64,000 bases of DNA from a bacterium (GTDB lineage Bacteria; Patescibacteriota; Andersenbacteria; UBA10190), in the NCBI GenBank assembly GCA_043811915.1, contig JBDRMS010000009.1:9960-73959 (forward strand). Direction: 5' to 3'. Shown here piece after piece: positions 59,949 through 64,000 of this stretch. The position numbers were made by a program, and so were the translations under genes. Within the stretch, counting starts at the first letter, position 1. Each line of letters starts with the position of its first letter. The notes below the pieces were generated by a model. That model was not told the origin of the DNA. It was given only the letters and a program-made list of their open reading frames with translations, and did no database searches.

Positions 59949-60136
59949 TCAGTTCTCGGATAACCAGGAAGGCTTTCCGTGCTTCCTATTGCTGCTGCGG
60001 CCTGTCGGGTCCGTGGTTCCGTAACGGTTGATCATGAACTCAACCATATCTCTTGACATCCCGGGTGCAGGAACGCGCCTTTTGGATTTAGCCATTCTGT
60101 TTCCACGCCTTTGTGCGACAGTCACTTTAGCGGCCA
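59949..60136 (-). CDS. small basic protein (62 aa), strongly expressed
   Basis: ATG at 60136 preceded by AAGGAGG (6-nt spacer) and a TTGACA-17-TAGTAT promoter. Sequence MAAKVTVAQRRGNRMAKSKRRVPAPG... Confidence 0.45.
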
Positions 60137-60197
60137 TTTGGGGCCTCCTTACCAATTGGAGAGAACAAAACTTCGATTCCACTACTGAAACAGCTAG

Positions 60198-60226
60198 ATA
60201 CTAGCACAATTACACATATTTGTCAA
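60198..60226 (-). promoter_or_regulatory. sigma70-type promoter TTGACA-17-TAGTAT
   Basis: Minus strand: -35 at 60221..60226 and -10 at 60198..60203. Immediately downstream of a terminator and upstream of the 62-aa basic protein gene. Confidence 0.5.
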
Positions 60227-60251
60227 TAGCAGGTAGAATTACATCCCCAAG

Positions 60252-60279
60252 AAAAAAGCGGCATCCCCCTTATTGCCGC
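60252..60279 (-). terminator. rho-independent terminator GCGGCAATAAGGGGGATGCCGC-TTTTTT (minus strand)
   Basis: 6-bp GC stem with a 10-nt loop, followed by a T6 run. Lies downstream of 60304..60525. Confidence 0.55.
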
Positions 60280-60303
60280 CAAAGTATCTAAAGCAGACTT
60301 GTC

Positions 60304-60525
60304 TTACTTAGTAGCCCGATTATCCGGATCAATAATGTGTCTTCTTTGATATCGAATACTACGAGCAGTAGATCCTTGTCCTGTCCTCATCAACTTCTCA
60401 ATCTCATCTGGCGGCACACTTGGTGACGTTCCAGGAATCTGGTAGGGAGTCTTTCGACGAAAAGTTTCCTCTCCATCAACGTCGCCATCACCCAAATCGA
60501 GTCGTTCGCCGTTCGGACCGTACAT
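60304..60525 (-). CDS. small hypothetical protein (73 aa)
   Basis: ORF followed by a terminator. No recognisable domain. Confidence 0.35.
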   Translation of the reverse strand: MYGPNGERLDLGDGDVDGEETFRRKTPYQIPGTSPSVPPDEIEKLMRTGQGSTARSIRYQRRHIIDPDNRATK

Positions 60526-60616
60526 TTAGACATTCCTTTCTAAAAGTACAAACTTATTCAGCCCCGTTCACCACTTCAGTCATTTAAGCGTTTTAAATTC
60601 AAACTGTCAACTTTAT

Positions 60617-60687
60617 GAGCGAGAGAGGGGAATCGAACCCCCACTTCAACCTTGGGAAGGTTACGTACTACCACTATACTACTCTCG
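60617..60687 (-). tRNA. tRNA-Gly (anticodon CCC), no encoded CCA
   Basis: Acceptor GCGAGAG/CTCTCGC, anticodon loop TTCCCAA, T-arm GGGGG-TTCGATT-CCCCT. Confidence 0.85.
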
Positions 60688-60697
60688 CCTGCCTTTA

Positions 60698-61273
60698 TTA
60701 TTGCTTCACTGCTGCCTGTTCTCTATCCCAGCTAAGGTGCCAGGGAAAAACGAAAATCCAGCGCTTCTTTGCCAATAGACGATAAAGCTCGTCATTGGAC
60801 TCCGCACTGTTTTGCTGCTTCAAGGCCTCCTGTTGCAGCAGCGGTAATATAACAAGTTCATCATATTCCTCAAGAGTAAGACCCGTTGCCTGAAGGACAT
60901 GTTTCTCGCCTCGCACCCCCAGTATTTCCTCCCGGTAGCGCACCGCGTCCCGGGTCGTCACCGGCGTTCGCAAGAAAGCGTGCTTAATCAAATGTTGACG
61001 CAGCAGCGTAGTCAAAGCCTCGTGCGGCGGAGCAGGCTCTTGTTTAGAGTTTGCCGCAAATGCCTGTCGAGCCTGGTAGTGTTCCCGCCACATTTTGGTT
61101 GTCACACAGCCACGAGTGGAACATGCCACCGGCCAATTAACAAATGAAGCCGCCGGATTGTTCAATGTGTCGTCAACAACTAATACCCAATTCCACAGTA
61201 TTAACACCACCAGCATGGGCAACCCGAGCAGTACCGCCAACCCCCACACCATACGCCTGATGGAGCGCTTCAT
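60698..61273 (-). CDS. hypothetical membrane-anchored protein
   Basis: 191 aa with an N-terminal TM and a Trp-rich C-terminus. Confidence 0.4.
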   Translation of the reverse strand: MKRSIRRMVWGLAVLLGLPMLVVLILWNWVLVVDDTLNNPAASFVNWPVACSTRGCVTTKMWREHYQARQAFAANSKQEPAPPHEALTTLLRQHLIKHAFLRTPVTTRDAVRYREEILGVRGEKHVLQATGLTLEEYDELVILPLLQQEALKQQNSAESNDELYRLLAKKRWIFVFPWHLSWDREQAAVKQ

Positions 61274-61291
61274 ATAACATATATACTACCC

Positions 61292-61672
61292 TTACTGTTC
61301 AAGCGGCGCTACAAAAAATACATGCCACCACTTTCGCGGAGTCGATATTCCCTCCTGCGCAATCTGCATTCCTGCTATCTGCGGTTCTGCCTGGGGCTGA
61401 TCTTCGGTAACCAGTACCACCGTCTCTCCTTCCGCCTTAAAGCCTAGCTTTTCCCGTGCCATTCGCTCCAGGAAATCATCTGTGCCAAAATACTGGTTCA
61501 AGCTCTCCATTTCAATAACTTTCTTTTCCATATTTCGCACCTCCTGCTGCAGGCCTGCTACTTCGCGCTGCACTTGTAGCCGTCTATTCATCTCCTGTGC
61601 CAGAGAGACCAATATAAAAATAACCACAACTGTTGCTATGGAAATCATGATTTTAGGCGATGCAGCACGCAT
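61292..61672 (-). CDS. ftsB: septum formation initiator FtsB/DivIC family
   Basis: 126 aa with an N-terminal TM then a coiled coil (LQVQREVAGLQQEVRNMEKKVIEME). Confidence 0.65.
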   Translation of the reverse strand: MRAASPKIMISIATVVVIFILVSLAQEMNRRLQVQREVAGLQQEVRNMEKKVIEMESLNQYFGTDDFLERMAREKLGFKAEGETVVLVTEDQPQAEPQIAGMQIAQEGISTPRKWWHVFFVAPLEQ

Positions 61673-61675
61673 AAA

Positions 61676-62725
61676 TTATTCCAGATTACTCGCGTCCAAA
61701 TCCCGCAGCGTAATCGTTATCTGTTTACCGGCCCGGTTAATCAGCAATTCAAGCGGCAAATCCCGGGATAAGCCTATTAGCACACTGTTCGTCCATTCAA
61801 GCGGCTTATTACCGATTTGTAAAAGCATGTCACCTCGTTTTATTCCAGCCGTTGCAGCCACCGTTCCAGGCAATACCGTTCGCACTTCAGCCACAAACTG
61901 TCTCATCCTGGTTTCACTCGCCGCGGCAAAAGTATAATGGAGTTCTAACCCTAATTCAGCAAACAAGTCCTTTTCCTTTTGACCGCCTGCCACCCGGTCT
62001 AAACTTTCCTTCAAGTGATTTACCGGCAGAGCCAGCCCCGCCCGGGGATTGATTAACAATCCAGCCACCAGTCCCTCGTCGTCCAGCAATGGACTGCCCA
62101 TAAGCGCGGCTTCGACCAGCTGCGTCCCTTTTATTACCTGTTGTAGACCAGCCGGCGCAAGCTCCGGCGGCAAAATATTTTCATTTACTTGGAAAGACTC
62201 CGCTTGTACAAAAAGAGACGGCAAGCTCCTGCTTATCGCAACCAATTCATAAGCCACCGGCACCGGCGCCGGACGCATATCTAAAGGAACCAATACCGCC
62301 TCGCGAGCCCGCAAGTATGTCAAACCAAACAATTCATCCCGGCCTGCCAACTCCAGCACCACGGTTTTCCCCTGATAGTCGTAAGCCAGCACCTCTCCCG
62401 GCGGCACCTCTCCCGCCGTTACCAGCAGGCCATCATTAGTCACCACAAAAGCCGTTGCCCCCTGCTCAAGCAGAACCACCGAACGTTGGGCAGTATCCAG
62501 CATTTGTGTCACCGCCATATTGGGCGAAATAGTAACTTCCTGAACTGTCGAAACCAGCCGATCACTTCCTCCCGGCACTAATGCTGCCGTTTTTGGCATC
62601 CACAATTGAGCTGCCAGTGTTCCCCCCACCATACCCAACACAATTATTGCCACCACGCCGCTAAGAAGCCAGGTCAGCGACATCCGCACCACTCGTGCTG
62701 TCGATTGTGAGGAATTTAAACCCAT
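61676..62725 (-). CDS. membrane-anchored S1C-like pseudo-protease with C-terminal PDZ domain
   Basis: N-terminal TM and a trypsin-like fold in which the His box reads VTNDGLLVTAGEV (no His). C-terminal PDZ (GIKRGDMLLQIGNKPL). Confidence 0.5.
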   Translation of the reverse strand: MGLNSSQSTARVVRMSLTWLLSGVVAIIVLGMVGGTLAAQLWMPKTAALVPGGSDRLVSTVQEVTISPNMAVTQMLDTAQRSVVLLEQGATAFVVTNDGLLVTAGEVPPGEVLAYDYQGKTVVLELAGRDELFGLTYLRAREAVLVPLDMRPAPVPVAYELVAISRSLPSLFVQAESFQVNENILPPELAPAGLQQVIKGTQLVEAALMGSPLLDDEGLVAGLLINPRAGLALPVNHLKESLDRVAGGQKEKDLFAELGLELHYTFAAASETRMRQFVAEVRTVLPGTVAATAGIKRGDMLLQIGNKPLEWTNSVLIGLSRDLPLELLINRAGKQITITLRDLDASNLE

Positions 62726-63495
62726 CTTGTGCTTATCAAAATTAATAAGAAAGCCACTACCCCAATACCAATATATTCAACAATATCACGGCGCTTAAGC
62801 CCCCTAGTATAGCTTAGGCTGATCAAGTTGAAAATAACATAGTATAAAATTGTCACCACTCCGGCCTGGACCAGGTAATGAGAAGGTAAAAATTGCAGCA
62901 CCCAAACCACCTCCGTGAGCACAAAAGCCATCGTCAAGGCCGGTAACACAATCTCACTCGCCGTTCGTACTACTCTCCTTAATGCCTGTAGTCCCATCAG
63001 CACCGTTACCGCCAAAACTAAAACCAGGACCAGTAAAACCGGAATGTATAAATGGAAGCGCAACCCTAAAATGAAAGCCACGTTCAAGAAGTAAACCACC
63101 AGTGACAACGTCCAATTCCAAATTGGATACGCCTCTCGGGCACCATGTTTAAGTAAAAAGAAGAAAATTAACCCCGACGCCAGAATATACAAATGCAGTA
63201 CTTGAGTAGTTGGTAACAGGAAAGCATAGCCAGCCAGCCCCGTCGCAGCCAGTATTGGCAAGATAGAATGGATTAGCCCAAAACGCCCCCTCTCCTCAAA
63301 ACGCACCAGGATAACACCCAACATCACCACTGTTACCGCCACCACTGCTATCAGCACAACCCAGCGTTGTAAGATAAAAATCAATTCCAAGCCAACTACA
63401 AGCAAAGCCGACAATAAAACATAGTGCGAGGCCGGGAAAAGTTTCCAAACAGTCTTTGTAACCCTTGTGATCTGAACTTTTACACAACGCAACAT
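62716..63495 (-). CDS. hypothetical polytopic membrane protein
   Basis: 259 aa, about 8 TM. Confidence 0.45.
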   Translation of the reverse strand: MLRCVKVQITRVTKTVWKLFPASHYVLLSALLVVGLELIFILQRWVVLIAVVAVTVVMLGVILVRFEERGRFGLIHSILPILAATGLAGYAFLLPTTQVLHLYILASGLIFFFLLKHGAREAYPIWNWTLSLVVYFLNVAFILGLRFHLYIPVLLVLVLVLAVTVLMGLQALRRVVRTASEIVLPALTMAFVLTEVVWVLQFLPSHYLVQAGVVTILYYVIFNLISLSYTRGLKRRDIVEYIGIGVVAFLLILISTRWV

Positions 63496-63498
63496 GAC

Positions 63499-64000
63499 TC
63501 AAGCTTTGCGGGCCAGGTAGTCTCCTGCGCTAAGTGCTGCCGAACAACCGTGGCCGGCCGCCACCACAATTTGTGCATCCCTGATGTCTGTCACATCTCC
63601 GGCGGCAAAAAAACCCTCCACACTCGTCTTACCATATCGGTCAGTTACAACAGCACCATGCTTGTCCATTTCAATCAGGTCTTTAATCGGGTCCGTGTTC
63701 GGCACGGCGCCAATACTGACAAAAATCCCCGCTACTTCAAGACGCCCCTCTCTCCCGGTCTTCTCATCCTGATAACTAAGCGACGTAACCAGACCATCCC
63801 CTCCTATTTTCGTTGTCCTGGCGTTATAAATAATTTCCACCTTATCGTCATCTTTCACACTATCGACCAGCACCTGGTCCGCTGACAGTGTTTCTCCAAT
63901 ATGCAGTAAGTAGATCCTGCTGGCTATTTTTTGCAGCATAATCGCCGCTTCCACTCCGGTATTGCCTCCGCCAATCACTGCCACCCTCCTGTCGGCAAAC
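63499..64000 (-). CDS. trxB: thioredoxin-disulfide reductase, C-terminal part (continues beyond window end)
   Basis: NADPH-binding VIGGGNTGVEAA and a C-terminal FAD motif GFFAAGDV. The ORF is open at the 64000 edge. Confidence 0.8.
   Translation of the reverse strand, partial: FADRRVAVIGGGNTGVEAAIMLQKIASRIYLLHIGETLSADQVLVDSVKDDDKVEIIYNARTTKIGGDGLVTSLSYQDEKTGREGRLEVAGIFVSIGAVPNTDPIKDLIEMDKHGAVVTDRYGKTSVEGFFAAGDVTDIRDAQIVVAAGHGCSAALSAGDYLARKA

Overview
The 64-kb window is a chromosomal, housekeeping-rich segment of a bacterial genome (about 50-55% GC). It carries no rRNA operon, no CRISPR array and no recognisable transposase, integrase or IS element. Most genes lack Shine-Dalgarno sequences, although a few small ORFs have strong AAGGAGG sites.

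Main contents in order:
- recR, dnaB and cysS on the minus strand.
- A CIRCE-controlled hrcA-grpE-dnaK-(membrane protein)-dnaJ operon.
- A tRNA-Lys locus with two truncated 5' copies of the tRNA.
- A single-chain FGAM synthase (purL) facing aspS across a long structured leader.
- ctpA, rplI, pyrG and rpmA.
- An RNA methyltransferase, an M23/EnvC-like peptidase and gltX with a NUDIX hydrolase.
- A WecG/TagA glycosyltransferase with a ThpR/LigT-like 2H phosphoesterase, an AMMECR1 protein and a PriA homolog lacking Walker A/B motifs.
- An inositol-monophosphatase-family gene with a small Cys-rich partner.
- A secreted metzincin.
- A complete nine-gene V/A-type ATPase operon in ntpF-I-K-E-C-G-A-B-D order, behind a near-consensus sigma70 promoter.
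- A Gly/Ala/Val periodic-repeat protein, an orphan Cas4-like PD-(D/E)xK nuclease and a DUF4870-like membrane protein.
- A split transketolase with rpe and rpiB, then pyrE and pyrF.
- A tRNA-Gln / pseudo-tRNA / tRNA-Arg locus next to a frameshifted heptad-repeat gene that carries a 3 x 21-nt tandem repeat.
- A prfB-ftsE-ftsX operon in which prfB has the classical CUU UGA C programmed +1 frameshift site.
- tRNA-Thr, a PEBP/YbhB protein, htrA, several small genes, tRNA-Gly, ftsB, a degenerate protease-PDZ protein and the 3' part of trxB.

Observations most worth a second look:
- tRNA 5'-fragment plus GC-hairpin modules recur at two tRNA loci.
- An identical 27-nt perfect palindrome occurs at two distant loci.
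- The PriA homolog lacks the ATPase and zinc-binding motifs.
- An uncharacterised trio sits next to the V-ATPase operon: the repeat protein, the Cas4-like nuclease and a hypothetical protein.

No single obviously novel multi-gene system can be asserted from sequence alone.
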